DNA of 64,000 bases from the human T2T-CHM13v2.0 reference genome, Homo sapiens: assembly GCF_009914755.1 (NCBI RefSeq), contig NC_060938.1; one strand, written 5' to 3'. This document shows, piece after piece, positions 13,990-27,360 of the stretch. Within the stretch, counting starts at the first letter, position 1; every line of letters begins with the position of its first letter. Position numbers and translations under genes: made by a program. The notes beneath the pieces were generated by a model. It did no database searches. It saw nothing but the letters and a program-made list of their open reading frames with translations, and was not told the DNA's origin.

Positions 13990-14856
13990 ACCAACAGTGC
14001 ACCCCATCCATTATAGCTTCTCCCTAGAGGATGGCAGGTCCTTATTCAGTAGTAACCACTGGCTGTGGTGGGAAGGCAACTTTTATGAACTGTTGAATTT
14101 TTCAGCATATCAATGTCTTAAAATATTCTGCTACATCTGCATTGATAAAGTGGAGTCTAACATTGGAGGTAAAATTAAAAGTGCTGAAGCCATCTAGACA
14201 CCAAGTCATCAGATGATCCTGGCTGTGTCCTTGAGGGAGTGGAGCATATGTAGTACCATTTGGATTGGGGATTGGTGTGTTTCCAGTTGTAAGAAGAATA
14301 ATTGTATTATTAGGCATAATTATGACTTTATTCTTGTCTTTATTTGAAGATTATGTATAATCTCAGGAGATGTGTATGGGTTCAAGTTGACAAAGGGTGG
14401 ACTTGTAATGCTAAATACTGAGTGCCAACTTGATCTCACTGAAGGATGCAGAGTATTGATCCCGGGTGTGTCTGTGTCGGTGTCGCCGAAGGAGATTAAC
14501 CTTTGAGCCAGTGGGCTGAAAAAGGCAGATACACCCTTAATCTGGGTGGCACAATCTAATCAGCTGCAAGTGTGGCCAGAATAAAAAGTAAACAGAAGAA
14601 CATGAAAAGATTAGACTGGCTTCGCCTTCCAGCCTACATCTTTCTCCCCTGCTGGATGCTTCCTCATCTCAAACATCGGATTCCAAGTTCTTCAGCTTTG
14701 GGACTTGGACTGGCTTGTTTGCTCCTCAGCTTGCAAATGGCTTATTGTGGACCTTGTGATAGTGTGAGTTAATACTCCTTAATAAACTCCGTGTGTGTGT
14801 GTGTGTGTATGTGTATCTTACTTGTTCTGTCCCTCTAGGGGACACTGACTAATACA
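13990..14856 (+). mobile_element. ERV-L 3' internal fragment plus MLT2A-type LTR (LTR ~14404-14856)
   Basis: PPT-like gttgacaaagggtggact, then tgtaatgctaaatactgagtgccaacttgat...ctgactaataca, with an internal (TG)n as typical of MLT2A. Confidence 0.75.
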
Positions 14857-15433
14857 ATCTTAATCCACAAGAAATTTTAAAAAAATAGGTGATTAGGAAT
14901 TCCAGGATGGAATGCAGACTATATAGAAAATATCTTATGCCATTATACTAATGTATGAAATCAAAAGAGGTACTAAGTAGGTTCAGAAATAGTGTAGTCC
15001 ATAAGATTAAAGAAAAAAGAAACTGCACGTCAGCACTGGACTCCACTTGATGATGTTCCACAAAAGAGCACAACTTACACAATCGGGTTCCACTCTACAG
15101 GAATCCTGGAAATGGACTACAAAGGGAATGGATGGTGTGTGGTGGGAGGGGGTTCCCCACGGTTGGAGTGCTAGGTTAGGGAAAGGCATAGAAGGAAGGT
15201 GAAAATCATTCATGTGGTATTAACTTAGGGTATCTCAGTGGATTTGCAAGTTTAGCATAATATAGGAACATAAATAAAAACCGTTTAGATGTGGGTATAT
15301 ATATATATGGGTTAATACACAACAAATACTTCCTGTATTGATTACTTGAGATGTTCTACAAGAAATTAACAAAAAGTACATCAAGAATCAAGATATGAGT
15401 TTTTAATACTATTCTTCTGTAAAAGGAACCAGC

Positions 15434-15700
15434 GGCTGGGTGCAGTGGCTCACACCCATAATTCCAACACTTTAGGAGACTGAGGTGGGCAGATCATTTG
15501 AGGTCAGGAGTTCAAGACCAGCCTGGCCAATATAGCAAAACCTCATCTCTACTAAAAATACAAAAATTAGCCAGGTGTGGTGTTGCACGTCTGTAATCCC
15601 AGCTACTTGGGAGGCTGAGACAGGAGAATCGCTTGAACTTGGGAGGTGGACGTTGCAGACTCTGTCTAAAAAAAATGAAAGAAAATAAAAGAAAAAAGGA
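15434..15700 (+). mobile_element. Alu (S-type) with a right-arm deletion
   Basis: ggctgggtgcagtggctcac...ctactaaaaatacaaaaattag...gttgcagactctgtct plus A-rich tail. Confidence 0.88.
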
Positions 15701-15859
15701 ACCAGAATTTCTTTGAGAAATGGCTAATGGTAGCACTTCAGAAAAGAATATAGGACGATAGTCTACAATTTCTTATGGTACCAGAAAATGAGAAAGGGTT
15801 ACAAAACAAAGAATTGCTACTTTTGCATTTTTCTTGTTTGTTGGTCAATCTAGCTAGCA

Positions 15860-18800
15860 GTCTAACAATTCTGTTCATGTTTTCTGTTTTTATTTTCATA
15901 GAATCAGGGTGCACATGTGCAGAGTTGTAACATGAATATATTTCATAAAGGTGAGGTTTGTGCTTCTGATGTAACTGTTACCCCATAGTGAACATTGGAG
16001 CCAATAGCTGATTTTTTAACCCTCACTTTCCTCTCACCTTGCCTTCTTTTGCAGTACCCAGTGTCTATTGTTTTTCTCTATGTACATGTGTACCCATTGT
16101 TTGCTTTCCAATTATAAAAGAGAATTTGAGTTATTTTATTTAGGAAATGTCCTTCAACTCTATTCATGTTGCTGTGAAAGACACAATTTCATTTTTTATG
16201 GCTGCATAGTATTCCATGATTTACATCTATCATATTTTATTTAATCATCCACTGATTGACACTTAGAGAGATTACTTGACTTTTCTATTGAAAATAGTGT
16301 TGCAATAAAAATAGGAATGCAGGTGACTTTTTCTTATATAGAAGTTTCCTTTTGGGAGAAACATACCCACCAGGAGGGGTTACTGGGTCAAATGGTAATT
16401 CTAATTTTAGTTCTTTGAGAAATTTCTGTATTGTTTTTCATAGAGGTTGTACCAATTTGTATTCTCATCAAGCATATAAAAAGCATTATTTTTCCTATGC
16501 TTCTCTGCAAACATCTGTTTTATTTTTAATAGCCATTCTGACTGGTGGAAGATGCTATATCATGTTGTCTGTAATTTACATTTATCAGATGATTTGTGAT
16601 GCTGAGCATGTTTTATTTCTGTTGAACACTTGTATGTCTTCTTTTGAGAAATATCTCGTTTTTGCTCACTCTTTTATGAAGTTGTTATTTCTAGTTGACT
16701 TATTTGAGTTACTTGTAGATTCTATATATTTGATGAATAGACTGCACATTTTTTTTTTTTTACCATTCACAGGTTGTCTGTTCACCATATTGGTTCTTTC
16801 TTTTGATGTGTAGATGATCTTTGGTTCAATTAATCCTGTTTGTCTAATTTTGTTTTCATTGCATTTGCTTTTGAAGTCTTAGTCATATTTTATTTGCTTA
16901 GGCCAATGTCCAGAGGATTATTTTTAGATTTTTTCAAGTATTTTTATGAGTTTATAAACATTGAATCCATATTCACAGTTAATTTGTGTCTATGATGATA
17001 CAGAAGTCTCATTTTATTCTTCTACATAAGGCTATCTAATTCTCCCAGCACTACTTATTGAATAGAGGGTTGTTTCTCCAGTGTATATTTTTGTCAGTTT
17101 TGTCAAAGAACTGTTGGTTGTAGATATTTGGCTATATATCTGGGCTCTTGATTTTTTTTCTACCACTACCATGCTGCCTTTCTTATTATCTTTGTGCTGT
17201 GTAATTTGAAGTCAGGGAATGTGGTACTTCCAGCTTTGTTCGTTTTGGTTAGGACTGCTTTTGCTATTCAGAGTGTTTTTCGGTTCTATATAAATTTTAG
17301 GATTTTTAAAAATACATAATTAATTAGTTACTTGATAGAAATTGCATGGACTCTGTATATTGCTTTGGGCAGTGTATTAGTCTATTTTACACTGCTATAA
17401 ATTAATACCTGAGGCCAAGTGATTTACAAAGACAAGAGGCTTATTTGGCTTACAGATCTGCAGGTTGTGTGAGAAGCATGGCACCAGCATCTGCTTCTTG
17501 TGAGGGCCTCAGGAAGCTTACAGTCATGGTGGAAGGCAAAGGGGGAGAAGGCTGTGTCATATTGTGAGGAGGGGTTACATGAGAGGGTAGCAGGATTGCA
17601 AGACTCTTTTGAACAATCAGATCTCACAGTAGCTAATACAGCAAGAATTCACTAATTACCATGGGGTGGATGCCAAGCCAGTCCTGAAAAATCTTTCCCC
17701 ATGACCCAAACCACCCAGTTGGCCCCACCTCCAACATTGTGGGTCACATTTCACCATGATATTTGGAGGGGAAAACCCCTAAATTATATCATTGCACTCT
17801 CGGACCCAAAGTTCTCATATTCTTCTTACATTGCAAAATATAATCACCTTTTTTCAATAGTGCCCAAAATCTTAACTTCATCAACGTCCAACTCAAATTT
17901 TCAAAGTCTCATCTGAGTCTTAAGGCAATGTCCCTCCAGCTGTGAGCTTGCAAATTTAAAAAATAAAAGTTGTTTACTTCCAAGGTGCAATGATGATGCA
18001 GGCATTGGGTAAATAATTCCAATCCCAAAGGGATAAATTGGCCAAAGGAACAACCAACAGGCCCCACACACATATAAAACCCAGCACTGCAGATATTAAA
18101 TCCTAACGCTACAAAATAATCTCTCTTGACTTTATGTACTTCAACCAGGGCACACTGGAACAAGGATTGGGTCCCCAAAACCTCAGGCAGCCAATCCCTA
18201 TAGGTTTGCTAGGCACAGACCACGGGGCTGCCTTCACAAGTGAGAGTCAAGTGCTGGAAGCTTTTCTAGGCTGAGGGTGCAAGCTGCCCGTAGCTCTACC
18301 ATTCTGGGGTCTTGAGGGTTGTGGCCACATTCCCACAACTTTACTATGAAGTGCCCTAGTGGGGACTCTGAATGGGGGCTCCAACTCCATCTTTCCCCAT
18401 CTTTGGCACTGCTCTAGTAGAGGCTTTCTGTGGTGGATCCACTCCTGCAGCAGGCTTCTTCCTGGGCATGCAGGGCTCTCTACACATCTGAAATCTAGGT
18501 AGAAGCTGCACAGGCTCCTTCACTCTTGCATTTTGCATACCTGCCAGAATCCAGTTATCCCAGAACCATTTACTGAACACAGAGTTTTTTTTTTCCATTG
18601 CTTGTTTTTGTCAGCTTTGTCAAAGATCAAAGGGTTGCAGGTGTGCAACTTTATTTCTGTCTTCTATTTTGATCTATTTTTTTTCCTGCAGGTCTGCTTT
18701 CGTACCAGTACAGGCTGTTTTTGTTAGCAAGACGTTATGGTGTAGTTTAAGGTCAGTATCATGATGCCTCTGGCATTATTCTTTTTCCTTAGGATTGCTT

Positions 18801-19750
18801 TGGATATTCAGGGTCTTTTTTGGTTCCATATAAATTTTAGAATAGATTTTTTTCTGATTCTGTGAAGAATGATGATGATAGTTTTATGTAAATAGCATTG
18901 AATCTGAATTCCTTTGGGCATTATGACAATGTTTACAATATTGATTCTTCCAATCCATGAGCATGAAATGTTTTCCCATTTATTTGTATCATTTATGATT
19001 TATGTATGCTGTGTTTCATAGTTCTCCTTGTAGGGATCTTTCACTTTGTTATCTGTATTCCCGGGCATTTCATTTTCTTTGTGGATACTGTAAGTCGAAT
19101 AGGATTGTGTTCTTGATTATACTCTCAGCTCGGATGTGGTTGGCTTATAGAAATGCTGGTAATTTTTGTCCATTGATTTTGTATCCTGACACTTTACTAA
19201 AGTTGTTTATTCTAGAATTATTTTGGCAGAGTTTTTAGGATTTTCTAGATATAGAATTATATCATCAGTGAAGATGGACGGATTGACTTCCTTTCCTATT
19301 TGGATGCTGTCTTAGTCCATTCTCGCACTGTAAAGAAACACCCGAGACTGGGTCATTTATAAAGATAAGTGTTTTAATTGGCTCATTTAGTATGATGTTA
19401 ACTGTGGGTTTGTTGTAGATGGCTCTTATTCTGAAGTATGTTTCTTTGATGTCTAGTCTGTTGAGGGTTTTTATCATGAGTAGATGTTAGATCCTATCGG
19501 AAGCTTTCTCAGCATCTATTGACATAATCATATGCTTTTTGCTTTTATTCTGTTTACATTGTGAATCAGAGTTACTGTGGATATTGAACGAGCCTTGCAT
19601 CCCAGGGGTAAAGCCCACCTGACCATGATGTATCACATTTTAAAGTGCTTCTGGATTCAATTTGATGGTATTTTGTTGAGGACTTTCAGGTCTATGTTCA
19701 TCAGGACTATTGATCTCATATTTTTTTTGTCATTATGTCTCTCCTGATTT
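15860..19750 (-). mobile_element. Old L1 (ORF2 3' part and 3' UTR), interrupted by an MST element
   Basis: Decayed ORF2 translations (e.g. MIKTLNRLDIKETY, SVFSKWFWDNW) and L1 3' UTR motifs. Confidence 0.75.
17373..18540 (+). mobile_element. MST (MaLR) LTR plus internal fragment
   Basis: tgtattagtctattttacactgctataaattaatacctgag...aaattatatca, then MST-internal-like sequence. Paralog at ~59184-63420. Confidence 0.75.
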
Positions 19751-19874
19751 TGTGTGCCAAGAGCACACAGTAGAGAAAGGACAGTCTTTTCAATAATGGT
19801 GTAAAACTGGCATTCATATGCAAAAGAAATAAAATTAGGCCTTCTCTAACTCCATATAAAAAAATCAACTAATA

Positions 19875-20161
<287 letters not shown>

Positions 20162-21240
20162 TCAACTAAAAATGGACATAATACCTGAAGCCATAAACTC
20201 ATAAATGACATGGAGCAAAAAAAATTCCTGCCATTAATTCGGAACTGATTTCTTTGAATTTAATAACAAAGCACAGGAAAAACTATGTGCAATTATGGAT
20301 CTGACAAGAAGTTCTGTCCAAATGTATAAATAACCCATACACCTCAACAGCAAATAACAAATGAACTGATAAAAAAGGGCAAAAACCTGGATAATTTTTT
20401 TCAGAAGATACATGCATGGCAAACAGAAAACGAAAAAGTTCTCAACATTCCTAATTATCAGAGGAATTCAAATGAGAAGCACAATGCAATATCAACTCAC
20501 ACTAGTTAATATGGCTATTATCAGAAATGTAACAGATGACAAATGTTGGCAAGAATGTGGGGGAAAGGGAAATATCCTGTGGTAGGATTGGTTACTTGAT
20601 AAGTTAAAAATAAAGCTATCATATAATCTGGTGATCCCACTTCTTGTTATATATGCAAAGGAAATAAAATTACTTTGCCAAAGACATGTTCATTGCAAGA
20701 TTATTAATAATAGTGTAGATTTGTAAAATAATTTAATGACTGTAAATGGATGAATGTATAAAGAAAATGTGTATACATACATCTGTATTTTGTTTGGCTT
20801 TGAAAAGAGGGAAATTCTGACATTTGCAACAACACGGATGGGCCTGGAGGACATGATGCTGAGTTGAATAAGCCAGATGCAGAAAGACAAATGCTGCATG
20901 ATCTCATTTACATGTGGGATCTAAAATATTCAAGCTCTTGAAAGCAGAGAGTAGAATAGTGGGTCCCAGGACCTGGGAGGTGAGGGAAATTGGGTGATGT
21001 GTGTTAAATTGTACAGAGTTTCAGTTGTGCAGGTTGGATGAGTTCTGGAGATCTAACGTACAGCAATGGTCCTATAGTTAATACTGTATTGTAAAAATGA
21101 TTGTTGCTGAAAGGGTAGATCTTAGGTGTTCTCATCAGACACTCACTCATGCAGTAAATTAAAAAAAATAATAAAATGGTAGCGCTGTGAGGTGATAGAA
21201 ATACAAATTACCTGACCACCATGCGTATTTCACAATGTGT
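20162..21240 (+). mobile_element. Old L1M 3' end (host of the AluY)
   Basis: Decayed ORF2-end and 3' UTR motifs (ggaaattctgacatttgcaacaac...gggtagatcttaggtgttctca). Confidence 0.7.
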
Positions 21241-21784
21241 ATCTGATATGGTTTGGATTTGTGTCCTGCCCCAAATCTCATGTTGTATTATAATCCCCAG
21301 TTGTGAAGGGGTGACCTGGTGGGAGGTGACTGGGTCATGGAGTGGGTCTTTCATGAATGGTTTAGAACTGACTCCTGGTGCTGTTCTCATGAAAATGTGT
21401 GAGTTCTCACAAGGGAATCCCCTTGAGGTTACTGTCCTGAGTCTGACTGGAGAAGACTCACCAGGCACCCCTGAGCTTCCTCACGACTCTGATGCTGGTG
21501 ACCATGGTTGAGGACCTTTCATTCCCATAGGTGGCAATATACATATTGTGCATGTGAGAACGAGTCCTCATATACAATGATTAAAAAAATGTAGAGATGA
21601 CATTGGTGGGCACAGAAATCTAAAATTAAAGAGTTTCCCTAGAGAAACTGTCAGAAGCAGAGGAAGTCCCAAATCCTGACAGGAAACAAACCCCAGCCTC
21701 CATGTGCACCTGCTCTGGGGTTGACTCTGATGAGTGGGTCCTGAGCGCCCCCTGCAGCTGATTTCCCCCAACGTTCCTGCAGGA

Positions 21785-21823
21785 GGTTTGTGTCTGGGCT
21801 CACACTTCCGACCTCTCACAGTG
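21785..21823 (-). other. 23-RSS of IGHV3-35 with a non-consensus heptamer
   Basis: CACTGTG-23-ACACAAACC. CTCF-like GCGCCCCCTGCAGC at 21745-21758. Confidence 0.9.
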
Positions 21824-22277
21824 TTTCTCACACAGTAATACACAGCCGTGTCCTCGGCCCTCAGGCTATTCGTTTGCAGATACAGGGTGTTCCTGGAATT
21901 GTCTCTGGAGATGATGAATCGGCCCTTCACAGAGTCTGCATAGTGCGTCCTACTGCCATTCCAACTAACACCCGATACCCACTCCAGCCCCTTTCCTGGA
22001 GCCTGATGGACCCAGTTCATGTCACTGTTACTGAAGGTGAATCCAGAGGCTGCACAGGAGAGTCTCAGGGATCCCCCAGGCTGTACCAAGCCTCCCCCAG
22101 ACTCCACCAGCTGCACCTCACACTGGACACCTGCAAACACAGAGACACCCTGGTCAGAAACTGCCACACAAATCCACTGTTTCTCTCACTCATGTCCACT
22201 CACTCAATATCCTTAGTTCTTCATGAATCACCTTTTAAAATAGCAGCAAGAAAAACCCAGCTCAGCCCAAATTCCAT
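21824..22277 (-). CDS. IGHV3-35: IGHV3-35 open reading frame (leader 22277-22232, V exon 22130-21824)
   Basis: [98 protein letters not shown]. Intact frame, variant heptamer. Confidence 0.95.
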
Positions 22278-22397
22278 GGTAATTTGTTTGTTGCTGATGA
22301 CAAAGTGGAAACACCTGAGAATCCCAGGGCTGGTGCTTCTCTCCCAGGGCTGCAGGGTCAGGACTGGGCTGCTTTTTATCAGGAAAGGGGGGGCCCT

Positions 22398-22405
22398 ATT
22401 TGCAT
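22398..22405 (-). promoter_or_regulatory. Octamer of the IGHV3-35 promoter
   Basis: Exact ATTTGCAT. Confidence 0.88.
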
Positions 22406-22769
22406 GTCTCCTATTTCACAGCGAGCTCTGAAGTGGGACACCTGAGGAGAGGACTGAGCCCAGAGTAATGAGAGTGAAACAACAAGCCTGAACAACTACA
22501 AATAAAGAAAAAAAAACACACTTGAACATATCAGAGTTGATGTCACAGAGCAAACATAAACTGTAAATTTGAGGAGATATAGCTTGGCAGGGAGACCCAG
22601 GATGCATATATGAGTGTGCCTGGGGAAGGTGCCGCTCCATGGCATTTAAGCTAACCTCAAAACATTTAGAGTTCCTTGAGGATGTACGCATTAATGGTGC
22701 TAGAGTGTGAAGCTTCTAATGCCATGTGTTGTTGCAGGCTTTCCTTACGAAGTTGGGAAATATCCCAGA

Positions 22770-23775
22770 TGACCACACACTCACCCAAGGTGACCTCACA
22801 CATCCCCAAGGTCACCTCACATATGCCCTGAATCACCTCACGCATCCCCAATTTCACCTCACATGTGCCCTGAGTCACCTCACACATCCCCAGTGTCACC
22901 TTACACATCCTGCAGGTCACCTCACACATCCACCAGGTCACCTCAAACATTTCCCAGGTCACCGCACATATACCCCACATCACCTCAGACACACCCTGGT
23001 CACCTCATACATACGTCAGGTCACCTCACGCTCACCCAAGGTCACCTCACACATCCCGCAGGTCACCTCGTAAATCCCCCAGGTCACCACATACATGCAC
23101 CAGTTCACCTCACACATTCCTCAGGCACTTCACACCTGCCCCTGTTCACCTCACACATCCCCCAGGTAACCTAACACATGCACCAGGTCACCTCACATGC
23201 ACCCAGGTCACTGCACACATGCCCTTTGTCACCTCACACATGCCCCAGGTCACCTCACGCATTCCCCATGTCACCTCAAACGGTCCCAGGTCACCATACA
23301 CATTCCACAGGTCACCTCACATGTGCCCTAGGTGACTTCACCTGTACCCACCTCACACATTTCCAGGTCCCCACAGATGCCCCAGGTGACCTCATACCTC
23401 CTTAGGTCACCTCACACACACCCACATCACCACCAATCCCCGATGTCACCTGACATGTGCCCAAGTCACCTCACACACACCCCCAGGTCACCTCACATCC
23501 ATCCTGGATCACCTCACACTCACCCGAGGTCAGCTCACACATATCCCCCACGTCACCTCACATGTGCCCCAAATCACCTTACATGCATCCACGTCACCTC
23601 ACACTTGCTCTGTGTCACCTCACAAATCCCCCTGGCTTACCCGACATATCTCCCATGTCCCCTCACATGTGTCTCTGGTCACCTCATATGTGCCGTGTTC
23701 ACCTCACACATACCCCCAGGTAATCTTACACAGCCCCCAGGTCACTTCACCTTCATACAGGTCACCTCACACATG
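22770..23775. repeat. Minisatellite, ~21-bp unit CCCCAGGTCACCTCACACATN, roughly 45-50 degenerate copies
   Basis: GTCACCTCACA recurs about every 21 bp. Confidence 0.92.
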
Positions 23776-25010
<1,235 letters not shown>

Positions 25011-25203
25011 TCCTCACAAGATACGGCATCAGCTGCATGTATCCTGGACTCATTGCCACTGCACACCCCAGACCCAATGCCACCATGAACGTACTGGACT
25101 CAAGGATACTGCAAACTCCAAAATTGGTGTCCCCAAAACAGGAGCCCCTGAACACACCAAAGCAGCATCTCTGCATGTACCTAAACAAGGGATGCACACA
25201 ATG

Positions 25204-25666
25204 CCACCACAGTAATACACAGACCTATCCTCGGCTCTGACGCTGTTCATTTGCAGATACAGTGATTTCTTGGCATCATCTCTGGAGAGGGTGAATCGAC
25301 CCTTCACAGAGTCTGCATAGCTTGTGCTACCTACACAACAACTCATAAATGAGACCTACTCCAGCCCTTTCCCAGGAGCCTGATGGACCCAGCTCATCCA
25401 GTACCTAATAAAGGTACTAAAGGTGAATCCAGAGGCTGCAAAAGAAAGTCTCAGGGACCCCCAGGCTATAACAAGCCTCCCAAAGACTCCACCAGCTGCA
25501 CCTCACACTGGACACCTGCAAACACACACAGACACCCTGGTCAGAACCTGCCACACATATCCACTGTTTCTCTCACTTGTGTCCACTCACACTCAATATC
25601 TCTAGTTCTCCATGAGTCACCTTTTACATTAGCAACAAGGAAAACCCAGCTCAGCCCAAACTCCAT
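25204..25666 (-). pseudogene. IGHV3-36: IGHV3-subgroup pseudogene with no recognisable RSS
   Basis: Leader [16 protein letters not shown] exon from 25515 has stops and indels and ends ...[37 protein letters not shown]. Octamer at 25787-25794. Confidence 0.88.
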
Positions 25667-25959
25667 AGTGAGTCCTCTGTGTTCAGAGACCTGACCACCA
25701 AATGGAAACCCCTGGTACTTCTGGACTGGGGCTCTTCTCCCGTAGACGCAGGCAAGGCTGGTTTTCATCAGGACAGTGAGGGCCCTATTTGCATGTCTCC
25801 TCCTCTATAGCAAGCTCTGGGGTAGGACACCAGGAGAGCCGTGTCCAGAGCAGATGTGAGATTCCTGGAGGAGCTTAGTGTCAATGACAGCATTTGGGAA
25901 AATATAATTTCTTATTATGTGATTTTGCCATTAAAATTACTTAGCAATTATTATTTCAT

Positions 25960-27360
25960 TTATTTTTTACATATTTGTACAAAAATAAATATAACTGCAT
26001 TAAGCAAACCTTAAGAGATATGGAGAGATAAATAGAAAATAATAAAAATTAGGAGAAGACTTTAGCACCTCACTTTCAATGATGGATAGAACATCATTAA
26101 GAGAATTCTTAAGAAGACAGTGGACTTGAACAACACTATTGAACAAATTGACCTAATAGACATCTACAGAACCTTCCAACCAAGAGCAGTGTAATATGTA
26201 TGCTTCCGAAGCAAAGACTAAATATTCTCCATGATAGGTCACATGTTAAGTAAAAAAAGGACTCTCAACATTTAAAGAAGTAATGCCAACCATTCTCTAA
26301 CTTTTTCAAAAATTGGTGAGATGCCAACCTTCCAGTCTTTCTATAAGGCCCAAATTACCGTATTTTCAGTAATAGACAAGGTCACAAAAAAGTAAACTAC
26401 AGACCAATATTCCTAGTAGACATAAATGAGCCCCCTCCACACACCAAATAATAGTCAACTAAGTTCCACAGGACTTTAGAAGGATCATACACCATGACCA
26501 ACTCAAATTTATTTTTGAGATGCACAGATGATTCAAAATCCTCAAATCAATACATTTGGTATGCCAAATTAAATACGAAGAAGGTCCCATTAACTTCTCA
26601 GACAGAAAATAACATTAAAAAAATTCAAGGTTTCACCATAAAAACTCTACCCAAAATAGAAATACAAGAAAATAACCTAAACACAATAAAATTCATTATG
26701 AAAAGCCATAGCTGTTATCATACTTCATGGTGAAATGTTAAAATATTTTGTCTAATATCTGCAAAAGGGCAAGAATAAACTTGGAGGCATTTTACTCTCA
26801 GACTTCAAAATTAATTACAAACATAATCAAAACAGGATGGTACTGGCATAAATACATATAGAGAGCTCAGAAATAAACCCACGTATTGATGGCAAACTCA
26901 TTTTCAAGTTGAGAACCAATATGAAGGCAAAGTGATTTATAACATTTTCTACACAACGGCTAAATCATACTCTCCCCTAAAGAGGGTGTTAAACAAACTG
27001 GGTTTTCACTTGCAAATAGTTAAGAATATTAGGTTAGAATAAACACAAAAAATCAACTCTAGATGGGTTAAACAGTTAAATGTATAGCCTGCAATTGTAA
27101 AATTCTCTCCCACCAAAAGGTTAGCAATGATTTCCTAAATTTAAGATTAAAAGCACAGACAACAAAAGCAGAATTGAAGGACTGGAACTACATCAAAATA
27201 TAAAGATTTTGCAAAGCATGGAAAAAATTCCAAATCTACAGAATGGGAGAATATAGTTGCAAACCAGGCATCTGAAAAAACTGTTAATATTTAAAACATA
27301 CATGTAACTTCTACAACTCATTAGCAAAATCATGACAGCCTGATTGTAAAACCATCAGTT
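25960..27360 (+). mobile_element. Fragmented old L1 ORF2
   Basis: L1-like segments such as gacctaatagacatctacagaac and caaaacaggatggtactggcataaa. Confidence 0.65.

Noticed and set aside
21451-21470. Donor-like CTG/GTGAGT ~330 bp downstream of the VH3 RSSs (also at ~28725)
   Set aside because: Lost in the 3-38 copy, and explained by cassette homology with no evidence of use.
21817-21860. IGHV3-35 heptamer reads CACAGTG on the + strand, suggesting an inverted RSS
   Set aside because: No nonamer-like sequence at 12 or 23 bp in that direction.
21790-22431. 213-aa antisense ORF over IGHV3-35, and similar ones over 4-39 and 3-38
   Set aside because: Antisense shadows of V exons with no independent support.
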